The notes under the pieces: model-generated
Told to the model about the DNA's origin: nothing
The model's input: only the letters and a program-made list of their open reading frames with translations
Database searches by the model: none
Source: an uncultured Desulfobacteraceae bacterium
GTDB taxonomy: Bacteria > Desulfobacterota > Desulfobacteria > Desulfobacterales > UBA5852
Assembly (NCBI GenBank): GCA_964388465.1
Contig: CAYMAR010000003.1
Coordinates: 1,720-44,495 of the forward strand
Direction: 5' to 3'
DNA length: 42,776 nt
In this document: positions 16,974 to 25,847 of the stretch, in pieces
How the letters are laid out: each line of letters begins with the position of its first letter
Position numbering within the stretch: position 1 is the first letter of the stretch
Position numbers and translations under genes: made by a program

Positions 16974-17987
16974 TCATTCCGATGGGGAGTGCAAGGCGCG
17001 GACGGATTTTTGGGGCCGACCGCCGAATTTGGCGCGGTATTCCTCCAGGTCGCCAATCGGCGGCCGCTCGACGCCGGCCATGACGAGGATGTCGGGCTGG
17101 AGCTCGTTTTTGACGAGCTGATACTGGATGATCTGGTCGTAGATTTCTTTGCGGAACTCGACAATACCCAGTTTCTCCAAACGCTTGAGGAACGTTTTCA
17201 TTACCACGAAGGACATGCGGCCCAGGGCCTTGGTGTCCTGGTTGCGGTGCACCCGTTTTTCAAGGTCGACCTGGGCGATGACATCCAGCCCCCACTGCTC
17301 GCAGATATCGAGGATCATGCTGGTTTCGACCCCGTAGCCGATGGGAAACGGGATGCGTTCGAAAATTTCGCGGTAGCCGGCGTATTCCCCGGAGAGCGGT
17401 TGCAGGATCTGCGTCAGTTCCGGGAAGAAAAGCGAGAACATGGGACGGATGACGAGTTCGGTCACGCGTCCCCCGCCGGTCGGTCGCACCCGGCTCTTGC
17501 CGATGGCAATCGGCCGGTCGTAGAAAGCCTTGGTATACTTGATGCGGTCGTTGAGCAGCAGCGGTCCTAGGAGCCCGTAAGCGAACCGGTGGTGTATGTT
17601 TTTGATGTCCGCATCCAGGTAGACGATGATGTCGCCCTCGCAGATGTAGAGCGCTTTCCACAGGTTTTCGCCCTTGCCCCGGTATTTTTCGTGATCCGGC
17701 AGGATGTCGTCGGCCTGGTGGACCTTGGCGTCGAATGACCTGGCAATGCTCACCGTATCGTCGCTGGAGCCGGAGTCGATCACGACAATTTCGTCCAGCA
17801 GCGGATGGCGCGTCATCAATTCGGACTTCATGATGACGATTTCCTTGCCGATCGTTTTGGCCTCGTTGAGGGTGGGCAGGCACAGTGAAATCTTCAGATT
17901 CTTTTTTGATTTTTCGTCCACCAGGCTGTCAATGTCACTGAATTGGCTATAGTGAAAGGTGTTGGTTTGAAGCCAGCTCTTATTCAT
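16974..17987 (-). CDS. gpgS: GT2-family glucosyl-3-phosphoglycerate synthase-like glycosyltransferase
   Basis: Contains LCLPTLNEAKTIG, DEIVVIDSGSSDDT, RGKGENLWKAL, the DxD motif in YLDADIKN, and LLGPLL...YTKAFYDRP, which matches my memory of GpgS/MpgS-type enzymes. The ATG at 17987 overlaps the upstream gene's stop (ATGAATAA). Confidence 0.75.
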   Translation of the reverse strand: MNKSWLQTNTFHYSQFSDIDSLVDEKSKKNLKISLCLPTLNEAKTIGKEIVIMKSELMTRHPLLDEIVVIDSGSSDDTVSIARSFDAKVHQADDILPDHEKYRGKGENLWKALYICEGDIIVYLDADIKNIHHRFAYGLLGPLLLNDRIKYTKAFYDRPIAIGKSRVRPTGGGRVTELVIRPMFSLFFPELTQILQPLSGEYAGYREIFERIPFPIGYGVETSMILDICEQWGLDVIAQVDLEKRVHRNQDTKALGRMSFVVMKTFLKRLEKLGIVEFRKEIYDQIIQYQLVKNELQPDILVMAGVERPPIGDLEEYRAKFGGRPQKSVRALHSPSE

Positions 17988-19137
17988 CGCACACCCCGCT
18001 GTCGATGGCCTCAATCGTGCCGATCACCTGGGCGATGCCCTGGAACATCGGTTCGATTTCCATCCTCGAATTGGGCTGGTGATAATTCTCGCCGCGTGTG
18101 AGCCCCAGCGTGACGGCCGGTATTTTTTTGGCCAGGAAGATCGAAAGCTCGGACTCGCTGGGCTCGCCGACGCTGGGGATGTCGAGTCGGCGCATGATGG
18201 CGCCGGTGGCCTTGACCAGCGGATGATTGTATTTTAAGCGGGCCGCCGTGACATTGCTGATGGTGTGAAGGGCGAGCTCAACCCCGAATTCGTGACCGAT
18301 GCCGGTGACGATATCCTCGATATCGCGAAAGATGGCCTTGACCATGCGATCCCTGTCGCTATGGATCTCCAGCCCCAGTGTGGCCTCGTAGGCAATGCTG
18401 CCGTGTTTGTGGCCGCCGTTGATCTTGCCGATGATCACCCGGCTGCGAGGCTTCTGGGGTAGACGGATTTCCAGAATTTGGTTGATGACCTCGTGCAGCA
18501 CGAGAATCGCGTTGGGTTTGAACCGGTATTCGATCCCTTCCTGCTCGCGCACGTTGCATTTGATCTCGCAGCGGGTCATGCCGTCGGAATAATAGTTGAG
18601 TCGGCCCAGCTCGACGCCTTCGATGCAGACGGCGGCCCGGATCGGCGTGGGCCAGGTTTTGACCAGATGGCGGATCCCCCTCAGGTTGCCTCGGCCGAGC
18701 GACTGGATCACGCCGGCGAGAATGATGTCGGAATCGAAGCGCAGGCCGAGGTGTTTGAAGATCGTCGGCAGAGACGCCATCGTGCCGATGCCGACCGAAT
18801 TGTCCAGAACGCCCGGGCCCTGGATCATGTTCTCGGTGATGGTGAAATTGTGATCCACGTCCTTGCCAAAAGCCGTGTCCAGGTGAGCCACCACGACGAT
18901 GGGGGCACGGCTGCCGTCGCGGCCGCGGATGATGCCGATGGGGTTCTGGTAGCCGTCGGTGGTGCACTCGTCCACGTCCGCTTCCACCAGGCGGTCCAGG
19001 AACTTGATGGCCCGCTGTTTTTCGTGGAACGTCGGGGCGGGGATTTGTCCCAGAAACGTGATGTTGGTGATGATCGTTTCCTTGATCGCGCGCAATTTGC
19101 CGGGAAAGGTATCCAACTGGTCGGAAAAAGACCTCAT
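17980..19137 (-). CDS. M20/M25/M40 family metallopeptidase / amidohydrolase
   Basis: 385 aa from the ATG at 19137 (AGGAG upstream). Contains PIVVVAHLDTAF, GPGVLDNSVG and a dimerisation-domain-like middle region. The specific substrate cannot be called. Confidence 0.75.
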   Translation of the reverse strand: MRSFSDQLDTFPGKLRAIKETIITNITFLGQIPAPTFHEKQRAIKFLDRLVEADVDECTTDGYQNPIGIIRGRDGSRAPIVVVAHLDTAFGKDVDHNFTITENMIQGPGVLDNSVGIGTMASLPTIFKHLGLRFDSDIILAGVIQSLGRGNLRGIRHLVKTWPTPIRAAVCIEGVELGRLNYYSDGMTRCEIKCNVREQEGIEYRFKPNAILVLHEVINQILEIRLPQKPRSRVIIGKINGGHKHGSIAYEATLGLEIHSDRDRMVKAIFRDIEDIVTGIGHEFGVELALHTISNVTAARLKYNHPLVKATGAIMRRLDIPSVGEPSESELSIFLAKKIPAVTLGLTRGENYHQPNSRMEIEPMFQGIAQVIGTIEAIDSGVCDE

Positions 19138-19477
19138 GAAGGCTCCTGTAAGTGGGTCATCGAATCGGCCGAGGCCCCAGAGGTGTGCGCGAAGTGCGGA
19201 GCGGGTGGGAGCTTTCGGCCCGGAGATTCGGACGGCGGCCCTCGATCGCCAGTTTGAATGCTTGTCGGAACGCGTATGGGACGTCAGGGGTTCGCAGGGC
19301 GGCCCGCTTGGGATGAATGCGGGGCGTCTCCCGTCGGGCGCCCGGGCCAATGATCATATGCCGGGTGTGCGCATATCATCCGAGTCAGGATAGCGTATCT
19401 GACCCTTGGGGGTCAATGCCTCTCTGCCCCTCGGCCGGCGATGCTATCGCGGGGGCGAATGCCGGCAAAAGCCGGCT

Positions 19478-21019
19478 TCAGGCCGCGCTTTCTGCCGCGT
19501 AAAGTGTCTGGACGGCGCGGCAGAGGCCGGGGATCGTGTATTCGTCGGCCGTCACATCCACCTTGATTCCCAGTGATGCGGCCGTCTCGGAGGTAACGGG
19601 CCCGATACTGGCCACCCGCACGCCCTGCATGAGCTGGTCCGCCTCGGCGTCCGGGAGCAGGGCCCTGAAATTGCTGACCGTGGACGAGCTCGTGAACGTC
19701 ACCAGGTCGATCCGGCCGGCACGCAGGTCGTCCACCAGCTGGCGGGCGCCCGCGGTGACCTGACGGGCCCGGTAGATAACCACCTCGTCGACATCGGCCC
19801 CCATTCGGGCAAGTTCGTCGGGCAGCACGGCGCGGGCCTCGGCCGCACGCGGCAGGAGGACCCGCCGGCCAGCCATGGGCTCGTCCTTGAAGGCGGCCAC
19901 CACCGATTCGGCCCGGTAGCTCTCCGGCAGGATGTCCGCTTTCAGGCCGTAATCCCGAAGCCGCTCGGCGGTCACCGGCCCGATGACGGCCGTGCGCATT
20001 TGGTGCAGGGCGCGGACATCGAACCCGCGTGTGAAGAGGCGTTCGAAGAAGTAGCGGACGCCGTTGACGCTGGTGAAGACGATCCAGTCATAGCGGGCCA
20101 GGTTGTCGATGGCCTGGTCCAGCAGGGTTTGGTCCTCGAGGGCCTCCACCTCGATGGTGGGGTATTCCAGGCAGTTGGCGCCCAGGTCCCCTAGACGTGC
20201 CACCAGGTCGCTGGCCTGGGCGCGGGCCCGGGTAACCACGACGTTCTTCCCCAGCAGAGGCCGGTCCTCGAACCAGCGCAGGCGCTCGCGCAGTTCCACG
20301 ACCCGGCCGACGACGATGATGGCCGGCGCTTTGATGCCGGCTTCCCGGGCCACGCGGACAATCGTCTCCAGGGTGCCGGTCACGGTACGCTGCCGGTTGG
20401 TGGTGCCCCAGCGCACGAGGGCCACGGGCGTATCCGCGGCCATGCCGTTTTCCCTGAGCCGCGCCGTGATGTGGGGCAGGTTCTTGACCCCCATGAAGAA
20501 GACGAGGGTGCCGATGCCGGCCGCCAGCGACGACCAGTTGATTTGCGAGGTTTCCTTGGTGGGATCTTCATGGCCGGTCACGAAGGCCAGCGTCGAGGTG
20601 TAGTCCCGGTGTGTCAGGGGAATGCCGGCGTAGGCCGGCGCCGCCACCGCCGAGGTGACCCCGGGAACGACTTCGAAGGCCACCCCGGCCTCGAGAAGGG
20701 CTTCGGCTTCTTCGCCGCCACGGCCGTAGATGAACGGGTCGCCGCCCTTGAGGCGCGCCACCACGAGCCCCTGCAGGCCTTTTTCGACGATGAGGCGGTT
20801 GATCCCGTCCTGGGAAAGGGTATGCTCGCCGCCCTTTTTGCCGACGTAGATCAAATCGGCCCCGGGAGCGGCGTGGGCCAGCAGCGCGGGGGCCGCCAGA
20901 TAGTCGTACACCACCACGTCGGCCTTGCGGATGCAATCCTTCCCCTTCAATGTCAAAAGGCCCGGATCGCCAGGGCCGGCCCCGATCAGGTAAACTTTCC
21001 CTTTGTTCATTTCGGTCAT
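19478..21019 (-). CDS. cobA: Fused uroporphyrinogen-III C-methyltransferase / uroporphyrinogen-III synthase
   Basis: The N-terminal half has VYLIGAGPGDPGLLTLKG...GGDPFIYGRGGEE (SUMT). The C-terminal half is HemD-like (VVVTRA...FTSVNGV...FTSSSTV). ATGA overlap with the hemC stop at 21016-21019. Confidence 0.9.
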   Translation of the reverse strand: MTEMNKGKVYLIGAGPGDPGLLTLKGKDCIRKADVVVYDYLAAPALLAHAAPGADLIYVGKKGGEHTLSQDGINRLIVEKGLQGLVVARLKGGDPFIYGRGGEEAEALLEAGVAFEVVPGVTSAVAAPAYAGIPLTHRDYTSTLAFVTGHEDPTKETSQINWSSLAAGIGTLVFFMGVKNLPHITARLRENGMAADTPVALVRWGTTNRQRTVTGTLETIVRVAREAGIKAPAIIVVGRVVELRERLRWFEDRPLLGKNVVVTRARAQASDLVARLGDLGANCLEYPTIEVEALEDQTLLDQAIDNLARYDWIVFTSVNGVRYFFERLFTRGFDVRALHQMRTAVIGPVTAERLRDYGLKADILPESYRAESVVAAFKDEPMAGRRVLLPRAAEARAVLPDELARMGADVDEVVIYRARQVTAGARQLVDDLRAGRIDLVTFTSSSTVSNFRALLPDAEADQLMQGVRVASIGPVTSETAASLGIKVDVTADEYTIPGLCRAVQTLYAAESAA

Positions 21020-21942
21020 TCCGTTTGCAGGCGATCGAGCACCGCCCGTGCGCCTCGCTCGAGGAGGTGATCGGCCAGCTCCCGGCCGATGGTTTCGGCC
21101 TCCTCCGGTCGGCCGACCTGCGTCGCTTTGATCACGGTTTGGCCCTCGAGATCGGAAACGAGGCCGCAGAGGGTCAGCCGACCGTCGAGGAGGGTGGCAT
21201 GACCGGCAATCGGCACCTGGCATCCGCCCTCCAACCGGTGCAGATAAGCCCTTTCGGCCGTAACGGCGATCCGGGTGGCCGCGTCCTCGAGGGGGGCCAC
21301 CAGCGGTGCGATGGTGGTGTCCCCGTCACGGGTTTCGATGCACAGAGCGCCCTGGCCCACGGCCGGCAGCATGATTTCGGTGTCCAGTTTCTGACTGATC
21401 CGCGCTTCCAGTCCCAGCCGGCGCACGCCGGCCGCGGCCAACACGATGGCCTCCATCTGGCCCTCGTCCAGCTTGCGCAGCCGCGTGTCCAGGTTGCCGC
21501 GCAGCGGCACGATTTCGATGTCGGGCCGTGCCCGGCGCAGTTGGGAGGCGCGCCGCAGGCTGCTGGTGCCGATGCGGGCGCCGCGGGGCAGGGTTTCCAG
21601 GGTCTGGGCTTCGCGCGTGATCAGAGCGTCCACCGGGACTTCACGCACAGGCACGGCCCCAATGCAAAGCCCCGTGGGGATTTCGGCCGGCATGTCCTTC
21701 ATGCTGTGCACGGCCAGGTCGATTGAACCAGCCGAGAGCGCCGCTTCGATTTCCTTGACGAACAGCCCCTTACCGCCCACTTTGGCCAGCGGCACGTCGA
21801 GAATCTTGTCGCCCTTGGTTTTGATGATCGTCAGTTCGACCGCAAGCCCGGAGTGCAGGTTTTCCAGGCGGGACTTGACCCACTCGGCCTGCCAAAGCGC
21901 CAGTTTGCTGCCGCGGGTGCCGATGCGCACCGTCCCGGGCAT
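21016..21942 (-). CDS. hemC: Hydroxymethylbilane synthase (porphobilinogen deaminase)
   Basis: Contains VRIGTRGSKLALWQA, GDKILD, GGKGLFVKEIE and AVHSMKDMP. The ATG at 21942 overlaps the upstream zinc-ribbon gene's stop (TGATG). Confidence 0.93.
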   Translation of the reverse strand: MPGTVRIGTRGSKLALWQAEWVKSRLENLHSGLAVELTIIKTKGDKILDVPLAKVGGKGLFVKEIEAALSAGSIDLAVHSMKDMPAEIPTGLCIGAVPVREVPVDALITREAQTLETLPRGARIGTSSLRRASQLRRARPDIEIVPLRGNLDTRLRKLDEGQMEAIVLAAAGVRRLGLEARISQKLDTEIMLPAVGQGALCIETRDGDTTIAPLVAPLEDAATRIAVTAERAYLHRLEGGCQVPIAGHATLLDGRLTLCGLVSDLEGQTVIKATQVGRPEEAETIGRELADHLLERGARAVLDRLQTE

Positions 21943-22172
21943 CAATGACCGCACCCGGCACAGCTGGTGGCCGAACATCCGCCGCAGGACGCGTCGGAGG
22001 CCGATGACTTGATCGTCTCCCCCCCCGCCCCTTTGCTGTAAAACCCGCAGACCGACATCAGGCGGCATACCTTCTTGCTCTTGCAGGCTTCGCACGCGGG
22101 ATCCGGATCGCCCAGGACCAGGTATTCAAAGGTTTTGCCACAATCCTGGCACTCATATTCGTAAATCGGCAT
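21942..22172 (-). CDS. FmdB-family (CxxC_CxxC_SSSS) zinc-ribbon protein with a Cys-rich C-terminal tail
   Basis: 76 aa. MPIYEYECQDCGKTFE...CEACKS is the classic FmdB N-terminus. The tail is SCGGCSATSCAGCGH. AAGGAG lies upstream. Confidence 0.85.
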   Translation of the reverse strand: MPIYEYECQDCGKTFEYLVLGDPDPACEACKSKKVCRLMSVCGFYSKGAGGETIKSSASDASCGGCSATSCAGCGH

Positions 22173-22219
22173 GGATGCAACTCCTTAAAAATGAGGATCG
22201 GATGTTTCAAAGGGGCCCT

Positions 22220-22248
22220 TAATTACAACGATTGGTCGGCTTTGGCAA
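22220..22248 (-). promoter_or_regulatory. Putative sigma70 promoter for the zinc-ribbon/hemC/cobA-hemD unit
   Basis: On the minus strand: TTGCCA (22248-22243), a 17-nt spacer, then TAATTA (22225-22220). It lies about 50 nt upstream of the ATG at 22172. Confidence 0.4.
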
Positions 22249-22263
22249 GAGATACGCGTCGCT

Positions 22264-22857
22264 TTACGACGCCCGATCGCCGGGCACCTTGTGAGGAAAG
22301 AGCTTATATTCGACCAGCTGGCAGAGGATGTGGCCCATGGTGATATGGGTCTCCTGGATCCGGGCCGTATTGGGGGCGGTGACCGTCAGCAGCAGATCGG
22401 TGTGGTCCTCCATGCGTCCGCCGGCACCGGTCATTCCCAGGCTGCGCAGCCCGGCCTGCCGGGCGGCGGCCAGGGCCGCCAGGACATTGGCCGATTCGCC
22501 GCTGGTGCTCAGTGCCCAGGCCACGTCGTCCGGTTGGCCCAGCGCTTCCACCTGTCGGGCGAAGATGTGCGTGAAGCTCTCGTCGTTGCCGATGCTGGTG
22601 ATAATCGAGCTGTCCGTGGTCAGGGCGATGGCCGGCAGGGCGCGGCGATCGAAATGGAAGCGATTGACGAATTCGGCCGCCAGGTGCTGGGCGTCGGCGG
22701 CACTGCCGCCGTTGCCGAAAAGCAGGATTTTGTGGCCGGAGACGATGGCCGTGACGAGCATGTCGGCGGCGGCCACAAGCGTTTCACGCTGTTGGGTTAC
22801 AGCCTCGCGTTTGACTTGCAGGCTTTCCGCCAGGATCGCGTCGACGATGGCCTGCAT
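22264..22857 (-). CDS. gmhA: D-sedoheptulose-7-phosphate isomerase (SIS domain)
   Basis: 197 aa. Contains ILLFGNGGSAADAQHLAAEF, TTDSS..T..GND and ALSTSGES. Confidence 0.88.
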   Translation of the reverse strand: MQAIVDAILAESLQVKREAVTQQRETLVAAADMLVTAIVSGHKILLFGNGGSAADAQHLAAEFVNRFHFDRRALPAIALTTDSSIITSIGNDESFTHIFARQVEALGQPDDVAWALSTSGESANVLAALAAARQAGLRSLGMTGAGGRMEDHTDLLLTVTAPNTARIQETHITMGHILCQLVEYKLFPHKVPGDRAS

Positions 22858-22858
22858 A

Positions 22859-24220
22859 TCAGGAGGCCTTCCCGATCAGGCGTTCTTCCACGGAGAGGAT
22901 CATACCGCGGGCATCCTCACCGAGGGTTTCGGCCTGCCTGAAGGCTTGCAGCGCGTCTTCGAGCTGCTCGGCTTTCGCCAGAAGGCGGCCCAGCCGCAGA
23001 TGGGTTCGGCCGTTTTCAGGGGCAATCTCGACGCTTTGTCGGCAAAAGGCGAGCGCGATTTCGAGGTTTTCGTTGCGCAGCTCGTAGCAGCGGGCCAGGC
23101 CTGAAAGGGCGGCGGCGTCGTTGGGATTGATGCGCAGCGCCGACTTGTAGGGCGCAATCGCCTGGTCGGTCAGGCGCTGGGCCAGCAGGGCATCGCCCAG
23201 AAGCCGCTGGGCCGGGCCCGACTCCGGCCGGAGGGCGGCCGCCCGCTGGGCGTAGGCCTGGGCTTTGGCCACCTGATGGGTCTCCAGGAGGCCACGGCCA
23301 ATCTGGAAATTGAGCTCGAAAACCTCCCGGCCATGAGGGGCGGCCTGCAACCAGAACTTGAGGGCTGTTGGGGTATCATCACGCAGCAGGTGGACAAGAC
23401 CGGCGTTGTACAGGGCCAGTACCTCTTGCGCGTCGAATTTGGCGGCCGCGCTGAAGGCCGTCAGCGCCTTGTCATATTCCTGGCGGACGCCGAAGCAGAC
23501 GCCCAAGCTGTTGAGCACGTTGACATTGCGGGAATCCAGCCGCAGGGCATTGCGGTATTCGGCAATGGCCGCATCGATCTCTCCGGCGTCATAGTGCTTG
23601 TCGCCGCTGATGTTGAGGCTGACCGCATCGAAGCAGGCCCGACCGCCGGGACCGAAAAAGGCGGCATGGTTCAATGCCTTGCCGGCGTTGCCAATGACGT
23701 CGGCCGGCGCGTAGCGTAGGCAGGGGAAAGCGGCAATCCCAATCGTGAGGCTTTGCCCGTCGTTGGCGCTCAGGCGGGACTGGACCGTCTTGGCCGCGGC
23801 GACGCCCGAGGCCTGGTCCCGTCCGGGCAGGACGCAGCAAAGGGTTTCGGCGGCCATGAGCCCCCAGAACCCGCCTTCGTCGTCGGCCACCTGCGCGACG
23901 ACTTGGGCGGCTTTGATGCGGTAGGCCCGCAGCGTTTCGGACGCCGGTGCCGGTTCGCTACCCGTCGCACGGTCCGGCCGCAGGGCCAGCACGCTGAACA
24001 TGGCCGTGTCCTTGAGACGGCCGGCGGCGGTTTCGATAAAGGCCGGCCCGCTCGGGATGTCCGGGAAGGCCTTCAGCAGGGGGTCGTCCGCAAGCGACCC
24101 GGGTGACGCCGGCGTCGATGGGCGGACATCGCCCCGGGCGGATACGTCGCGGGTCTTGGACAACAGAAAAGGCTGTTCAGCCGGCCTGGGGCCGGATTCG
24201 GCGGAAACGGCGCGGTTCAT
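22859..24220 (-). CDS. Degenerate GGDEF-like domain fused to TPR repeats
   Basis: Residues ~70-200 follow a GGDEF-domain layout (MFSVLALRPD..., LTIGIAAFP, AGKALNHAAFFGPGGRACFD), but GGDEF/GGEEF is replaced (GLMAAETL). Residues ~205-440 are TPR units. ATGA overlap with the selA stop, and 1-nt gap to gmhA. Confidence 0.65.
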   Translation of the reverse strand: MNRAVSAESGPRPAEQPFLLSKTRDVSARGDVRPSTPASPGSLADDPLLKAFPDIPSGPAFIETAAGRLKDTAMFSVLALRPDRATGSEPAPASETLRAYRIKAAQVVAQVADDEGGFWGLMAAETLCCVLPGRDQASGVAAAKTVQSRLSANDGQSLTIGIAAFPCLRYAPADVIGNAGKALNHAAFFGPGGRACFDAVSLNISGDKHYDAGEIDAAIAEYRNALRLDSRNVNVLNSLGVCFGVRQEYDKALTAFSAAAKFDAQEVLALYNAGLVHLLRDDTPTALKFWLQAAPHGREVFELNFQIGRGLLETHQVAKAQAYAQRAAALRPESGPAQRLLGDALLAQRLTDQAIAPYKSALRINPNDAAALSGLARCYELRNENLEIALAFCRQSVEIAPENGRTHLRLGRLLAKAEQLEDALQAFRQAETLGEDARGMILSVEERLIGKAS

Positions 24221-25647
24221 TGCGGCTCCTTCTCCAGCAGATGGCGGAAAGCGGTTTCAATCGCGGCCAATTCGTCCTCTTGGACGGTTTTTAGATCCAG
24301 AACAAAAAAGTCGTTTTCGATGCGCCCGATGATGGGGGGGCGTTCCCGCCGCATGAAGCGTTCGATGGCCTGGGCACTCAAGCCCTCCTGCTGCACCATG
24401 AGACAATGGCTGGGGATTTCCAGCAGGGGCAGCGAGCCGCCGCCGGCGCGGGCCACCGCCGCTGTCGTGCGGATGGTCAGTCGTCCTGCGGCCAGGGCTT
24501 CGAGACAGACGGCCAGACGCTCGGCGCGGGCAGCGGTGGCGGCCCGCGGTTCGGTCAGCATGCGCAGGGTCGGGATTTCGGTCACGGCCCCGGAAGGATC
24601 GCGGTACAGCCGCAGCGTGCTTTCAAAGGCTGTGAGGGTCATCTTGTCGATGCGCAGGGCCCGGTTGAGCGGGTTGGCCTTGATGCGGTCGATCCATTCC
24701 TTGCGACCGACAATGACACCGGCCTGAGGGCCCCCCAGGAGTTTGTCGCCGCTGAAGGTGACGATGTCGGTGCCGGCAGCCACCGAGGCCTGGACGGTGG
24801 GTTCCGGGAAGAGGCCGTAGCGGCTGAAATCGATGAAGGTGCCGCTGCCCAGGTCTTCCGCCACCGGAATCTGGTGGCGTCTTCCCATCGCGACGAGTTC
24901 GGCCAGGCTGACGGCCTTGGTAAATCCGCTGATGGTGAAATTGCTCTGATGGACTTTCAACAACAGGGCGGTGTGTTCGTTGATGGCGTTCTCGTAGTCG
25001 TGTCGGTGGGTCCGATTGGTGGTGCCCACTTCCCGCAGTCGGGCCCCGCTTTTGGTCATGATGTCCGGGACCCTGAAAGAGCCACCGATTTCCACGAGTT
25101 CCCCCCGGGAAACGATGACCTCGCGTTCACGGGCCAGGGTATCCAGGACGATCAGGACGGCGGCCGCGCAGTTGTTGACCACCAGCCCGCCTTCGGCGCC
25201 GGTGATTTCACAAAGCAGCGCTTCCACGGCGCTGTAGCGCGAACCCCGTTTCCCGGTGGCCAGGTCGAATTCCAGATTGGAATAGCTGCCGGCGATCACC
25301 TGCAACTGGTCCATGGCCGCCGCGGCCAGGCGCGAGCGTCCCAGGTTGGTATGCACGACCACCCCGGTGGCGTTGATGGCCGCGCGCAGGTTGGGCTGCA
25401 TGGCCCTGCGGGCCTGTCGGGCGGCCCTCTGGGCCACCGCGGTTTCGTCCAGGCGCGCCGGTTCCATTGCCGGGAGGCCTTGGCGGATATGGGCGCGCAG
25501 GCCGTCTAGAGTCTCCCGCACCGCTTTCACCAGAACCGAACGCGGGATGCCGTTGACGGTCGGGTCCGCTTCGAGCACGGCGAGGACACGATCGACACCG
25601 GGCAGGCGGCGTAACAGCGCGGTTTTGTCGTTGGGATCAGCAGTCAT
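24217..25647 (-). CDS. selA: L-seryl-tRNA(Sec) selenium transferase
   Basis: 476 aa. N-terminal LLRRLPGVDRVL and the PLP-lysine motif TFSGDKLLGGPQAGVIVG. Confidence 0.93.
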   Translation of the reverse strand: MTADPNDKTALLRRLPGVDRVLAVLEADPTVNGIPRSVLVKAVRETLDGLRAHIRQGLPAMEPARLDETAVAQRAARQARRAMQPNLRAAINATGVVVHTNLGRSRLAAAAMDQLQVIAGSYSNLEFDLATGKRGSRYSAVEALLCEITGAEGGLVVNNCAAAVLIVLDTLAREREVIVSRGELVEIGGSFRVPDIMTKSGARLREVGTTNRTHRHDYENAINEHTALLLKVHQSNFTISGFTKAVSLAELVAMGRRHQIPVAEDLGSGTFIDFSRYGLFPEPTVQASVAAGTDIVTFSGDKLLGGPQAGVIVGRKEWIDRIKANPLNRALRIDKMTLTAFESTLRLYRDPSGAVTEIPTLRMLTEPRAATAARAERLAVCLEALAAGRLTIRTTAAVARAGGGSLPLLEIPSHCLMVQQEGLSAQAIERFMRRERPPIIGRIENDFFVLDLKTVQEDELAAIETAFRHLLEKEPQ

Positions 25648-25847
25648 GGCGGCGGATAGAGAAATCCTTGCTAGTGATTAACCTCAATTCTTAAACTTTA
25701 CTTCCTATCATTTAAGCGCTAACTAGTTCAATCGCAAATTAAAATCGACGGCCTTGCGCGACATTGGGAGCGACGGCCGGCGATCCCACCGCACGGGATG
25801 CGCCCACGGCCATACCCCTATCCGGCAGACAACCCCGGGAGAAGACG

